A DNA stretch of 24,607 nucleotides, taken from the NCBI GenBank assembly GCA_046757025.1, contig JBHHXN010000069.1:1-24607 (forward strand). Direction: 5' to 3'. This document shows positions 16,576 through 24,607 of the stretch, one piece after another. The position numbers were made by a program, and so were the translations under genes. The notes beneath the pieces are model-generated. The model had not been told where the DNA came from. It ran no database searches and saw only the letters and a list, made by a program, of their open reading frames with translations. Source of the stretch: a bacterium. GTDB lineage: Bacteria; Zhuqueibacterota; Zhuqueibacteria; Oceanimicrobiales; Oceanimicrobiaceae. Each line of letters opens with the position of its first letter. Position 1 is the stretch's first letter.

Positions 16576-17175
16576 TTAGTTGGTACCGTCTTTCGCTTTC
16601 ACGGCTTCCACTTCGAGTGAGATTTTCACTTCGTTGCTTACCAATAATCCTCCGCCTTCAAGCACTTTGTTGAATTTGACGCCAAAGTCCTGCCGGTTTA
16701 TGGTTAAACTGGCTTCTATTCCGATGCGTGAGCTGCCAAATGCTTCGATGGGTCCGGTGAGCGTGAAGGGCATGCTGACTTCTTTGGTTACGCCGTGAAT
16801 GGTGAGGTTGCCCACCAATTCGTAACCGTTGTCGGTTTTTTTCACGCGCGTGCTCATGAATGTGATTTCAGGATATTTTTCGACTTCCAGAAAATCCGCG
16901 CTTTTCAAATGGTTGTCGCGTTTTTCGTTATCGGTATCGATGCTGCCGGCCTTTATGATCACTTCCACCGAAGATTTGGTGATGTCTTTTTCGTCAAACA
17001 AGATGGTACCGGTAAAATCGTTAAACTCGCCTTTGGTATTGCTTATCACTAAATGCCTGGCTGAAAATCCAATGGAGGAGTGGGGGATATCAAAAACATA
17101 TTTGTCTGCGCCCACGGCCAAACTCGAGATGGCCAAAACGACAAGAAACGTTAAAAGGATACTCCTGGTTCGCAT
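16576..17175 (-). CDS. YceI-family periplasmic (polyisoprenoid-binding-like) protein
   Basis: Signal peptide is present. The YceI signature is HSSIGFSARHLVISNTKGEFNDFTG...IDTDNEKRDNHLKSADFLEVEKYPEITF...LTIHGVTKEV. Confidence 0.8.
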   Translation of the reverse strand: MRTRSILLTFLVVLAISSLAVGADKYVFDIPHSSIGFSARHLVISNTKGEFNDFTGTILFDEKDITKSSVEVIIKAGSIDTDNEKRDNHLKSADFLEVEKYPEITFMSTRVKKTDNGYELVGNLTIHGVTKEVSMPFTLTGPIEAFGSSRIGIEASLTINRQDFGVKFNKVLEGGGLLVSNEVKISLEVEAVKAKDGTN

Positions 17176-17471
17176 ATAACCTCCTTACCTTATAATTTAA
17201 TGGTTACTAATAAATGGTGATAGTAAAAATTATTAATATAAATGTCAATTATTAAATTCAAACAAATGAGGATTTGGAATTGTTCCAATAATGTTGATTA
17301 AAATGGTGCTGGCATAAATCAATGGGTTTTGGAGCTGTGAAAAATTAAGTGCTAAATTAAAAATCAAAGTAATATAATAAGAATACATTAATAATTTAAT
17401 AAATCACTTGATAATTAATAAATAATTTAATATTTTATCAGAAATAATTTTATGCAGATGAATCTGTTTGG

Positions 17472-17480
17472 TGATATAAT
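17472..17480 (+). promoter_or_regulatory. Candidate extended -10 sigma-70 promoter (TGaTATAAT) for amt-glnK(-glnA)
   Basis: A perfect TGnTATAAT sits at 17472-17480, about 80 nt upstream of the amt start codon in a very AT-rich spacer. I found no sigma-54 -24/-12 match in this spacer. Confidence 0.3.
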
Positions 17481-17562
17481 ATTGACTAAAAAATGAATGT
17501 CTCATCGAAATGTAATCGTTTTCAATAATTGGGGTTAATCCTTTTTAACAATAGAGGCTGAA

Positions 17563-18882
17563 ATGCAAAGAGTTACTGGATTCTGTTTTTTGTGGCTGGT
17601 CTTGACTTGTGAATATGTTTGGGCGTCACCGTCCTCTTCCAATCCATCCATAGCGATAGATACCTTGTGGGTGCTGCTGGCGGCATTTTTGGTGTTTTTT
17701 ATGCAAGCCGGATTTGGCATGGTGGAAGCCGGTTTGATTCGCGCGAAAAACGCGGGTAATATTCTGATGAAAAATATGCTGGATTTCTGTATGGCCTCGT
17801 TGGGATTTTTTCTCTTTGGCTACGCCCTGATGTTTGGCGGAACCGAACCTTTTTTTGGTACCGAGGGCTGGTTTTTAACTGGCGTACAGGCCCCCAACGA
17901 TTTACCTCTGTACGCATTCTGGATGTTTCAGGCGGCGTTTTGTGGCGCGGCCGCTACCATCGTAGCAGGGGGCATGGCGGAACGCATGAAATTCGTGGCC
18001 TACCTCATGTATTCCTTCGTTATTTCAGCGCTGGTTTATCCCATTGTCGGTCACTGGATTTGGGGAGGCGGCTGGCTGGCAAATCTCAATTTTCATGATT
18101 TTGCTGGTTCAACTGTGGTGCATACGCTTGGCGGTTTTGCGGCTTTGGTGGGTACCATCATTCTCAAGCCGCGCACGGGTAAATTCAATTCGGATGGCTC
18201 GCCCAATTTTATTGCGGGTCACAACATGCCGCTGGTTTCGCTGGGAGTCTTTATTTTGTGGTTTGGCTGGTTCGGTTTTAATCCCGGCTCAACCCTTGGC
18301 TTTGGGGATCCGGGACAGGTAGCGCGCATCGCGATCAATACCAGTCTGGCTGCGGCCGCGGGCGCCATTGCCGCCATGTTCACGGCCTGGGGAAAATTCG
18401 GCAAACCGGACTTAGCGTTGACTTTGAATGGCGCTTTGGCCGGTTTGGTGGCCATCACTGCGCCCTGTTCGGTGGTTACGCCCGGCAGCGCCATTTACAT
18501 CGGCGGCATTGGCGGTGTGCTTTGTATTTTAGGTGTACGCTGGCTCGATCGCCTACGGATCGATGATCCCGTGGGCGCGGTGCCGGTGCATGGCTTGAAC
18601 GGCGTCTGGGGCACCTTGGCAGTCGGACTATTCGGTCAGATAGCGCTCGGGGCACCCCATGACGGTCTTTTTTATGGCGGTGGATTTCTGCAATTAGGCA
18701 TTCAGTCGCTGGGTATTTTCGCGGTGATCATTTTCGTCGTCGCCTCCATGTGGCTGATTTTCAAAACCATCGACGCCCTGGTCGGCCTGCGCGTTTCCGA
18801 AGTGGATGAATTGCGGGGGTTGGACATCGGGGAACACGGTATGGAATCGTACAGCGGATTTCAGATTTTTTTAACAGAATGA
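17563..18882 (+). CDS. amt: Ammonium transporter (Amt/MEP family)
   Basis: The 439-aa product has a signal peptide followed by 11 TM helices. Amt signatures include LVFFMQAGFGMVEAGLIR, WIWGGGWL and HTLGGFAALVGTIILKPR. Confidence 0.9.
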   Translation: MQRVTGFCFLWLVLTCEYVWASPSSSNPSIAIDTLWVLLAAFLVFFMQAGFGMVEAGLIRAKNAGNILMKNMLDFCMASLGFFLFGYALMFGGTEPFFGTEGWFLTGVQAPNDLPLYAFWMFQAAFCGAAATIVAGGMAERMKFVAYLMYSFVISALVYPIVGHWIWGGGWLANLNFHDFAGSTVVHTLGGFAALVGTIILKPRTGKFNSDGSPNFIAGHNMPLVSLGVFILWFGWFGFNPGSTLGFGDPGQVARIAINTSLAAAAGAIAAMFTAWGKFGKPDLALTLNGALAGLVAITAPCSVVTPGSAIYIGGIGGVLCILGVRWLDRLRIDDPVGAVPVHGLNGVWGTLAVGLFGQIALGAPHDGLFYGGGFLQLGIQSLGIFAVIIFVVASMWLIFKTIDALVGLRVSEVDELRGLDIGEHGMESYSGFQIFLTE

Positions 18883-18928
18883 TTGAATCCATGTAATTTA
18901 AATCAATTAAAGATTGAGAGAACCCCTT

Positions 18929-19270
18929 ATGAAACTCATTATTGCAACCATTCAACCGCATCAACTACCGGCTGTAAAAAAGTCGCTATTTGATGCCCAG
19001 GTCTACAAAATAACCGTCTCCAATGCGCTGGGATGCGGCGAAGAAAAAGGATATCATGAAACTTTTCGAGGGGTAGAGCACGAAGTGAGCTTGCTCAAGA
19101 AAGTGCGTTTGGAGATTGCGGTTAACGAGGATTTTGTGGAGCCCACCATCGCGGCGATCATCAAAGGCGCGCGCACTAACCAGGTTGGGGACGGCAAAAT
19201 TTTCGTGTTGGACTTGCAGGAGTGCATTCGAATTCGTACAGGCGAGCGTGGCGGGCAGGCCATTGGTTGA
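18929..19270 (+). CDS. glnK: P-II family nitrogen regulatory protein (amt-linked, GlnK-type position) with a non-canonical T-loop
   Basis: The 113-aa product aligns to GlnB/GlnK without gaps. Conserved motifs include GDGKIFV, IRIRTGE and K58. The ATG at 18929 has a GAGAG sequence upstream. The ORF track instead uses a TTG at 18914. Confidence 0.75.
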   Translation: MKLIIATIQPHQLPAVKKSLFDAQVYKITVSNALGCGEEKGYHETFRGVEHEVSLLKKVRLEIAVNEDFVEPTIAAIIKGARTNQVGDGKIFVLDLQECIRIRTGERGGQAIG

Positions 19271-19373
19271 AAGGAAATGCAGCAGGAAGCAAGGGTGCGC
19301 CAATCAGGAATTGAATTGTCTTGTTTTAAAATATAATCAACAGAAGTTTTTTTCAATAAATGAGTGTCTTAAT

Positions 19374-20813
19374 ATGGACTTGAAAAACGGCCAACACGTA
19401 ACGGTTCGCGAAGTCAATCGCACCATCAAAGAAGCTGAAATCCGATTCGTAGATTTAAAATTTGTAGATTTGCCGGGTGTACTGCAGCACATCACCCTGC
19501 CCATCGAAGTGTTCGATGAGAAAATGTTTATTGAAGGCGTGGGGTTCGACGGGTCCTCTATTCGAGGTTTTCAGCGCATTCATGAAAGCGATATGCTCAT
19601 CGTGCCGGACCGCTCCACCATGTTTGTGGACCCGTTTATGGATGACTCCACGCTGTCCTTTCTCTGCAACATCAAAGATCCACAGACCCATAAAATCTAT
19701 TCGCGCGACGCCCGGGCCGTGGCGCAACGGGCAGAACGATTTCTGATCTCAGAAGGCATTGCCGACCTTGCCTACTTCGGGCCCGAGCTGGAATTTTTCA
19801 TTTTTGACGATGTGCGCTACAATCAGACCACCAACGAGGGGTACTATTTTCTGGATTCCAGTGAAGGTTCCTGGAACACGGGGCGCGTCGAGAAGCCCAA
19901 TCTCGGGCACAAACCGCGCAACAAAGAAGGGTATTTTCCGGTGCCGCCCATGGACAGCTATCAGAATCTGCGATCAAAAATGGTTAGTGTGTTGCGTTCG
20001 GTGGGTGTGGAGGCCGAAGCCCACCATCACGAAGTGGCCTCGGGTGGGCAGTCGGAAATCGACATCAAATACAACACCATGGTGCACATCGGCGACCAGG
20101 CCATGAAATACAAATACGTGATCAAAAATGTCGCTCAGCGTTATCACAAAACCGTGACCTTCATGCCGAAGCCGCTGTTTCAGGATAACGGCTCCGGGAT
20201 GCATGTGCACATCAGTTTGTGGAAAAATGGCCGCAATCTATTTTATGAGACCGGCAAATATGCCGAACTCAGCGACTTTGCCGAATACTTCATCGGCGGC
20301 TTGCTGCACCATGCCCCCACTCTCTGTGCTTTTTGTGCCCCGACTACCAATTCGTACCGGCGATTGGTTCCAGGCTATGAAGCGCCGATCAATCTGATTT
20401 ACTCGCAGAGTAATCGCAGCGCTTGTGTGCGCATCCCCATGTATTCCGGCAGTGAAAAAGCCAAGCGTATCGAGTTCCGCACGCCCGATCCTTCGTGCAA
20501 TCCCTACATCGCTTTTGCCGCTATTTTGATGGCCGGCCTGGATGGCATCGAAAATCGTATGCAACCGCCGCCACCTATCGATAAAGACATTTACGAGCTG
20601 GCAAAAAACGGCGGCCCGGCAATCGCCAGCACCCCGGGCTCGCTGGAAAAAGCCATTCAGGCGCTGGAAGACGATCATGCGTTTTTGCTGCGCGGCGGGG
20701 TGTTTACCAAAGACCTGATCCGGGTGTGGCTGGATTACAAGCGGGAACGGGAAATAGACTATATTCGATTGAGACCGCATCCCAGCGAATTTGCCCTGTA
20801 CTACGATGTTTGA
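19374..20813 (+). CDS. glnA: Glutamine synthetase type I (GlnA)
   Basis: The 479-aa product carries GS motifs: the N-terminal beta-grasp region, GSGMHVHISLW, the ATP-binding region KPLFQDNGSGMH, and NPYIAFAAILMAGLDG. The real start is the ATG at 19374 (MDLKNGQHV...). The longer track ORF beginning at 19116 overlaps glnK and has no homology over that extension. Confidence 0.9.
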   Translation: MDLKNGQHVTVREVNRTIKEAEIRFVDLKFVDLPGVLQHITLPIEVFDEKMFIEGVGFDGSSIRGFQRIHESDMLIVPDRSTMFVDPFMDDSTLSFLCNIKDPQTHKIYSRDARAVAQRAERFLISEGIADLAYFGPELEFFIFDDVRYNQTTNEGYYFLDSSEGSWNTGRVEKPNLGHKPRNKEGYFPVPPMDSYQNLRSKMVSVLRSVGVEAEAHHHEVASGGQSEIDIKYNTMVHIGDQAMKYKYVIKNVAQRYHKTVTFMPKPLFQDNGSGMHVHISLWKNGRNLFYETGKYAELSDFAEYFIGGLLHHAPTLCAFCAPTTNSYRRLVPGYEAPINLIYSQSNRSACVRIPMYSGSEKAKRIEFRTPDPSCNPYIAFAAILMAGLDGIENRMQPPPPIDKDIYELAKNGGPAIASTPGSLEKAIQALEDDHAFLLRGGVFTKDLIRVWLDYKREREIDYIRLRPHPSEFALYYDV

Positions 20814-20942
20814 GCTGGATGGCGGATATTTGACAGCGGATTTGGGATATCATGATTCGGAATGGCGATTTGCAAAATTAAACTGAATTTATAAAGGGAA
20901 TAATAGAAAATAATAGTTTCAATTTATGATCAGGAGGTCGTC

Positions 20943-22238
20943 ATGTCTCAGATAATTGGCATAAGCATTGCCGGTGGAATCGTCATGGTCATGCTTATGA
21001 TCGTGTTTATCAAAGCCAATCTGGTGATTTGCCAGCCCAACGAAGTGTTGATCATTTCAGGCAGAAGGCGTAAATTGCCGGACGGTACCATACTCGGTTA
21101 TCGAGTCTTAAAGGGGGGTAGGGGATTCAAAATACCGATCATTGAGTCGGTGAAACGCCTGGAGCTCACCATCATGCCCATTGAAATTAGTATCAAAAAG
21201 GCCCTGGCAAAAGGCATCATTCCCATCAATGTGGATGGCCGTGCAAATGTCAAAATAGCCGGCACCGAAAAAGAAGGGTTGTCCAATGCCATCGAGCGGT
21301 TTCTGGGGAAAAATCTCAACGAGATTGCACAGGTAGCCAAAGAGACCATCGAAGGCAGCTTGCGCGGAGTGCTGGCGACCGTGTCGCCGGAAGAGGCAAA
21401 CAGCCAGCGTTTAGCGTTGGCAGACCAGGTGACCGAGCAAGCCAGCAAAGATCTGCTAAAACTCGGCCTGGTATTGGACTTTGTGAAGATTCAGAACATA
21501 TCGGATGATCAAGGCTACCTGGAAGCCATCGGCCGCAAGAAAAATGCCGAAGTGGTGAAGAACGCCCGCATTGCCGAAGCTACCGCCGAGGCCGAAGCCC
21601 GCATGGTCACCGCCGAGGAAAAACGCAAAGGCAGCGTGGCCGAAGCCGCAGCGGAAATGGAGATTTCGGAAGCCGAAAATAAGCTGAAAGTACACCGAGC
21701 AAAACTGGCTGCGGAAAGCAATCAGGCGGACGAACGAGCTAAAATCGCTGGCGAGCTGACGCGAATTGACGAACAGCAAAAACTGGAAACCAATCGCGTC
21801 GAGCTCAATCGCAAAAAGTACCAGGCGGAAATCGTGGTTCCGGCCGAGGCTGAAAAACAAGCTGAAGAATTGAAAGCCCGGGGCGAAGCCGCCAAAATTC
21901 TGGAGGACGGAAAAGCCACGGCTGAAGCCATAAAACTCATGCAGACCCAGTGGCAAGATGGTCACACCCGGGATTTGTTCCTCATTCAAATGCTGCCAGA
22001 ACTGCTGGACAAAGTCACCAAAGTGGTGGCGGACAATCTCCACATTGAAAAGCTGACGGTGCTGGACTCAGGTGATGGTAACGGCTTGCCCACTCACATT
22101 AAGAACTTAACTGGTTCGGCAGTAACCATATTAGAACAGTTGAAAAACACCACGGGCATTGATTTGCCCGGTATTTTGAAGAGCGCAAGTACTAAAAATA
22201 AAAAGAACGGCAGTGAAATTCCCAAGGAGCTCATCTGA
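20943..22238 (+). CDS. Flotillin-like SPFH/band-7 domain protein
   Basis: An N-terminal TM helix and an SPFH domain are followed by a long Ala/Glu-rich coiled coil (EA repeats), typical of the YqiK/FloT family. An AGGAGG sequence lies 6 nt upstream of the start. Confidence 0.8.
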   Translation: MSQIIGISIAGGIVMVMLMIVFIKANLVICQPNEVLIISGRRRKLPDGTILGYRVLKGGRGFKIPIIESVKRLELTIMPIEISIKKALAKGIIPINVDGRANVKIAGTEKEGLSNAIERFLGKNLNEIAQVAKETIEGSLRGVLATVSPEEANSQRLALADQVTEQASKDLLKLGLVLDFVKIQNISDDQGYLEAIGRKKNAEVVKNARIAEATAEAEARMVTAEEKRKGSVAEAAAEMEISEAENKLKVHRAKLAAESNQADERAKIAGELTRIDEQQKLETNRVELNRKKYQAEIVVPAEAEKQAEELKARGEAAKILEDGKATAEAIKLMQTQWQDGHTRDLFLIQMLPELLDKVTKVVADNLHIEKLTVLDSGDGNGLPTHIKNLTGSAVTILEQLKNTTGIDLPGILKSASTKNKKNGSEIPKELI

Positions 22239-22720
22239 TGCAAACGCCTAAGTTGGATGAAATCGATTTAAAACTTCTCGAGGCTTTACAAGCGCACGGT
22301 CGTAAAAAGCGCAACGAATTGGCTGAAATGGTCAAGCTCTCGGTACCGGCCATTAGCGAGCGCATGCGTAAATTGGAAGAAGCCGGGGTAATTCGCAGCT
22401 ACAACACCGTGCTGGATCCCCGAAAAATCGCGCTGGAAGTTACTGCGTTCATTTTTGTGATCTCGGAATCTTCCAAGTACTATTCAAAAATCATCGATTG
22501 CGCCATGGCCAATGACCAGGTGCAGGAATGTCACGCTATCACCGGGGAGGGATCACACCTGCTCAAAGTGCACACCCAAAGCACTGCCACGCTGGAAAAG
22601 CTGCTGTCGCAAATTCAGTCGTGGCCCGGGGTGTTGCACACTCGCACGGATGTGGTGCTTTCCAGCCCGAAAGAAACCACGGTACTGCCGCTGGGGCATT
22701 TGCAGAAATCTGCAGGATGA
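22238..22720 (+). CDS. Lrp/AsnC-family transcriptional regulator
   Basis: An N-terminal HTH (DLKLLEALQAHGRKKRNELAEMVKLSVPAISERMRKLEEAGVI) is followed by a RAM/AsnC_trans_reg domain. The start codon overlaps the flotillin stop (TGATG at 22236-22240). An AAGGAG sequence lies 7 nt upstream. Confidence 0.8.
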   Translation: MQTPKLDEIDLKLLEALQAHGRKKRNELAEMVKLSVPAISERMRKLEEAGVIRSYNTVLDPRKIALEVTAFIFVISESSKYYSKIIDCAMANDQVQECHAITGEGSHLLKVHTQSTATLEKLLSQIQSWPGVLHTRTDVVLSSPKETTVLPLGHLQKSAG

Positions 22721-22723
22721 CGC

Positions 22724-22765
22724 AAAATAAAAAAACCGCTAGCGTGTCTCCCAAAACGCCAGCGG
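22724..22765 (-). terminator. Rho-independent terminator for the minus-strand gene 22875..23843
   Basis: CCGCTAGCG (22736-22744) pairs with CGCCAGCGG (22757-22765) across a 12-nt loop, with one mismatch. On the minus strand it is followed by U-rich sequence (complement of the A-run at 22724-22735). Confidence 0.5.
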
Positions 22766-22874
22766 CTGACTACATTACGGCTGATTGATTATTTTATCAG
22801 CCGCAAAGGACGCTGAGATCGCAGAGTTATTTTTTAAAATTTAAAACGATACTCATCTGTTATGATTCAATTTC

Positions 22875-23843
22875 TTAAAGAGCAGATGTTTTTCCTGGTG
22901 CAAATGGATTAAATTTCCACTTACAAAACAACCAATAACAGGTTGGCTCAAGTGATGGCTTAATACCAGCCTGTTCATTTCCGTCACCTGTCAAAAAGAA
23001 AGGTAGTCCAGAAGCTCTGGTACCATCTGGTGTGGGGATGAGTAATTTTTCAAGTGTTGCGTGCAGTTCTACTAAATTTCTTTGTAATTCACCCTGCCAG
23101 AGTTGCCAGGCAAGCAGCAATTGCGCGCTGGCTTCTATATTGAGATAGGAATCATTTGCCTGGGCACAATAAGCCTGAATTGTTTTTGATTTCTGAAAAT
23201 TCACCGTTTCATATCGGATGAATTTATTTAAATAATTGAAACCTCTTGTATCGCCAAAAACGAGTAATCCTCTCACAATATGGGTCAAATTGTGCTCATA
23301 ATCCTTTGATGAAATCTGTCCTGTTGAGAAAAAACACTGGTGTAATCTGCTGAGGCTTCGTTGAATTGAGCTTTGCTTTGAAAAAGGAGAGAGCGCTGCA
23401 TACATTTCTGCAACGGCTTCCGCTACGATTAAATCGCACGAATAAGTTCTTTGAGTTAACCATCTAACAAGCCCTTGAACAAATTCCTCGTACTCACCAA
23501 AGCTCTTAACCACGCTTTTATAATAATTTAATGCGAGTAATAGAAATGCCGCTCCGCCTTCCCAATGAATCGAGGTCATATCTGGCATGCCGGTTTCAGC
23601 ATTCCATTTTTGTGGCAGGCCTTGAAAGTTTTCTTTATTTCTGTAATAAAAGGTGTGGAATCGGTTAAACATTTTTTCGGCGTATTTCAGTTTTCCTTCG
23701 TGAATCAGGACAAAAGCGGCCAGGGCGTTTTTATAGATAGTGGTATCGAGGTCGCCCGTTGAATTCACAGCTAATCCAGTGGATGGGTTGAGCAGACTTT
23801 CGATGAATAAACAGCATGATTTGATTGAGATGCGGTTTTGCAT
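22875..23843 (-). CDS. Hypothetical cytoplasmic protein, possibly with an alpha/alpha-toroid-like fold (unassigned)
   Basis: This is a 322-aa ORF with clean coding statistics. It has no signal peptide and no motif I can assign with confidence. Confidence 0.5.
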   Translation of the reverse strand: MQNRISIKSCCLFIESLLNPSTGLAVNSTGDLDTTIYKNALAAFVLIHEGKLKYAEKMFNRFHTFYYRNKENFQGLPQKWNAETGMPDMTSIHWEGGAAFLLLALNYYKSVVKSFGEYEEFVQGLVRWLTQRTYSCDLIVAEAVAEMYAALSPFSKQSSIQRSLSRLHQCFFSTGQISSKDYEHNLTHIVRGLLVFGDTRGFNYLNKFIRYETVNFQKSKTIQAYCAQANDSYLNIEASAQLLLAWQLWQGELQRNLVELHATLEKLLIPTPDGTRASGLPFFLTGDGNEQAGIKPSLEPTCYWLFCKWKFNPFAPGKTSAL

Positions 23844-24231
23844 TTAATGTTGATTTATGTAATGACAATAACTTATGCCGCCAATTTTGATTCCTTCACC
23901 ATTTGATCCGAAATTGAGAATCACAGCACTGTGAGTGCAATTGCACTATGGTGCAATTACGAGTTCATTTTCCCAACCTGGCACATCATCAACCCGACTC
24001 CCATTTAGGACAATTTCTGGCTCTGGCGGGTTTGTATTTCCGCTAAAAACGAAATGTGTAATACCGTCCATGGTCTTGCTATCCTAGGTAATCTCAAAGA
24101 TTATTTAGTGTCTGAATGAAAACTCCTTGCAGGTCATTCCTGCGAAAGCAGGAATCCAATAAAAACAGCAGCTTATTGATTCCCGATTTCTCGGTAAGGA
24201 CAAAAATAGGTAGTTTCCGTACGGGCACTAT

Positions 24232-24522
24232 TTAGCGAATCACGATAACGCCCTGATAACGGAACCTACCTCCATGTTGACAAAAGGCGGCTCCAAGTGA
24301 ATTCGCACCCCGCCAGGCCGCGACGCTATCTTCCACATTGACAGTGGAAACGCCCGGGTCGAGCTTTAGTTTATGAACTTCTCCGGATGTGCATAACAAT
24401 TGTAGATAGTAATTTTGACCATCATGGTAGATTGAATAGGATTTTGATTTCTGTCCAGATGGCGGTACGCATGCAAATACCAGCAATACGAGCACACAGA
24501 ATAAATTTGATAGGTGTTTCAT
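24232..24522 (-). CDS. Small secreted hypothetical protein (signal peptide, 96 aa)
   Basis: The product begins MKHLSNLFCVLVLLVFACVPPSG. A GGAGG sequence lies 7 nt upstream of the ATG on the minus strand (24530-24534). Confidence 0.45.
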   Translation of the reverse strand: MKHLSNLFCVLVLLVFACVPPSGQKSKSYSIYHDGQNYYLQLLCTSGEVHKLKLDPGVSTVNVEDSVAAWRGANSLGAAFCQHGGRFRYQGVIVIR

Positions 24523-24607
24523 GATTTCCTCCTTTCAGGTAGCTCCGTATTGTCAAAAATCAAATAACTCAGCAGGTTTTGATCACAATCCACGTAAGTG
24601 TTTTGGA

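Noticed and set aside
19116-19373. The long N-terminal extension of the glnA track ORF, starting at 19116
   Set aside because: The extension overlaps glnK in another frame. Its translation ([16 protein letters not shown]...) has no similarity to glutamine synthetase. Homology begins at the ATG at 19374.
20238-20780. A 180-aa minus-strand ORF inside glnA, together with the out-of-frame ORFs 19455-19727, 19759-20106, 19974-20210 and 19477-19746
   Set aside because: They lie antisense or out of frame within the strongly supported glutamine synthetase gene and have no independent signals.
21456-22043. A 195-aa ORF on the minus strand, together with the overlapping minus-strand ORFs 21515-21721, 21722-21940 and 21098-21448, all overlapping the flotillin gene
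   Set aside because: These are antisense ORFs created by the GC-rich Ala/Glu-repeat codons of the flotillin coiled coil. The translations are low-complexity (Ala/Ser/Phe-rich), have no ribosome-binding site, and are fully contained within a well-supported gene.
22779-22802. A second hairpin, GGCTGAT-N10-ATCAGCC, downstream of the Lrp gene
   Set aside because: It has a perfect 7-bp stem, but no U-tract follows it on either strand. It may stabilise the RNA, but I cannot call it a terminator.
1-24607. A search for tRNA, rRNA and CRISPR arrays and for IS or transposase genes
   Set aside because: I found no T-psi-C-arm-like GTTCRANTC motif in a noncoding context, no rRNA-like conserved blocks, no regularly spaced direct repeats, and no transposase- or integrase-like ORF.

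Overview
This 24.6-kb bacterial chromosomal window has moderate GC content and tightly packed genes. I found no tRNA or rRNA genes, no CRISPR array and no transposase.

Bases 1-10770, minus strand: a single tightly coupled operon of 12 genes. It is a complete type II secretion or type IV filament cluster, ordered gspE, gspF, prepilin peptidase, an embedded cargo-like gene, gspG, gspH, gspI, gspJ, gspK, a PilM-PilN fusion (GspL-like), and a PilO/GspM-like gene. A 12th ORF continues off the left edge of the window. No secretin gene lies inside the window. The embedded gene, between the peptidase and the major pseudopilin gene gspG, encodes a secreted multidomain protein. It has a tandemly duplicated ~133-aa domain, a fibronectin type III (FN3) domain and a textbook type IX secretion (T9SS) C-terminal sorting domain.

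Bases 10771-14853: a receiver-only response regulator on the minus strand and, across a 1.1-kb AT-rich spacer, a sensorless cytoplasmic histidine kinase plus an NtrC/PilR-type sigma-54 activator on the plus strand. A sequence matching the sigma-54 -24/-12 promoter consensus sits immediately upstream of gspE.

Bases 15461-24522: a secreted hypothetical protein, a YceI-family protein, an amt-PII-glnA nitrogen assimilation cluster with a P-II protein whose T-loop is non-canonical, a flotillin gene translationally coupled to an Lrp/AsnC regulator, an unassigned ~320-aa protein, and a small secreted protein.

The noncoding regions carry several intrinsic terminators and two motif-dense elements. 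One is an array of ATGAC/GTCAT sites ending in a terminator. The other is a set of perfect palindromes upstream of the unassigned gene.
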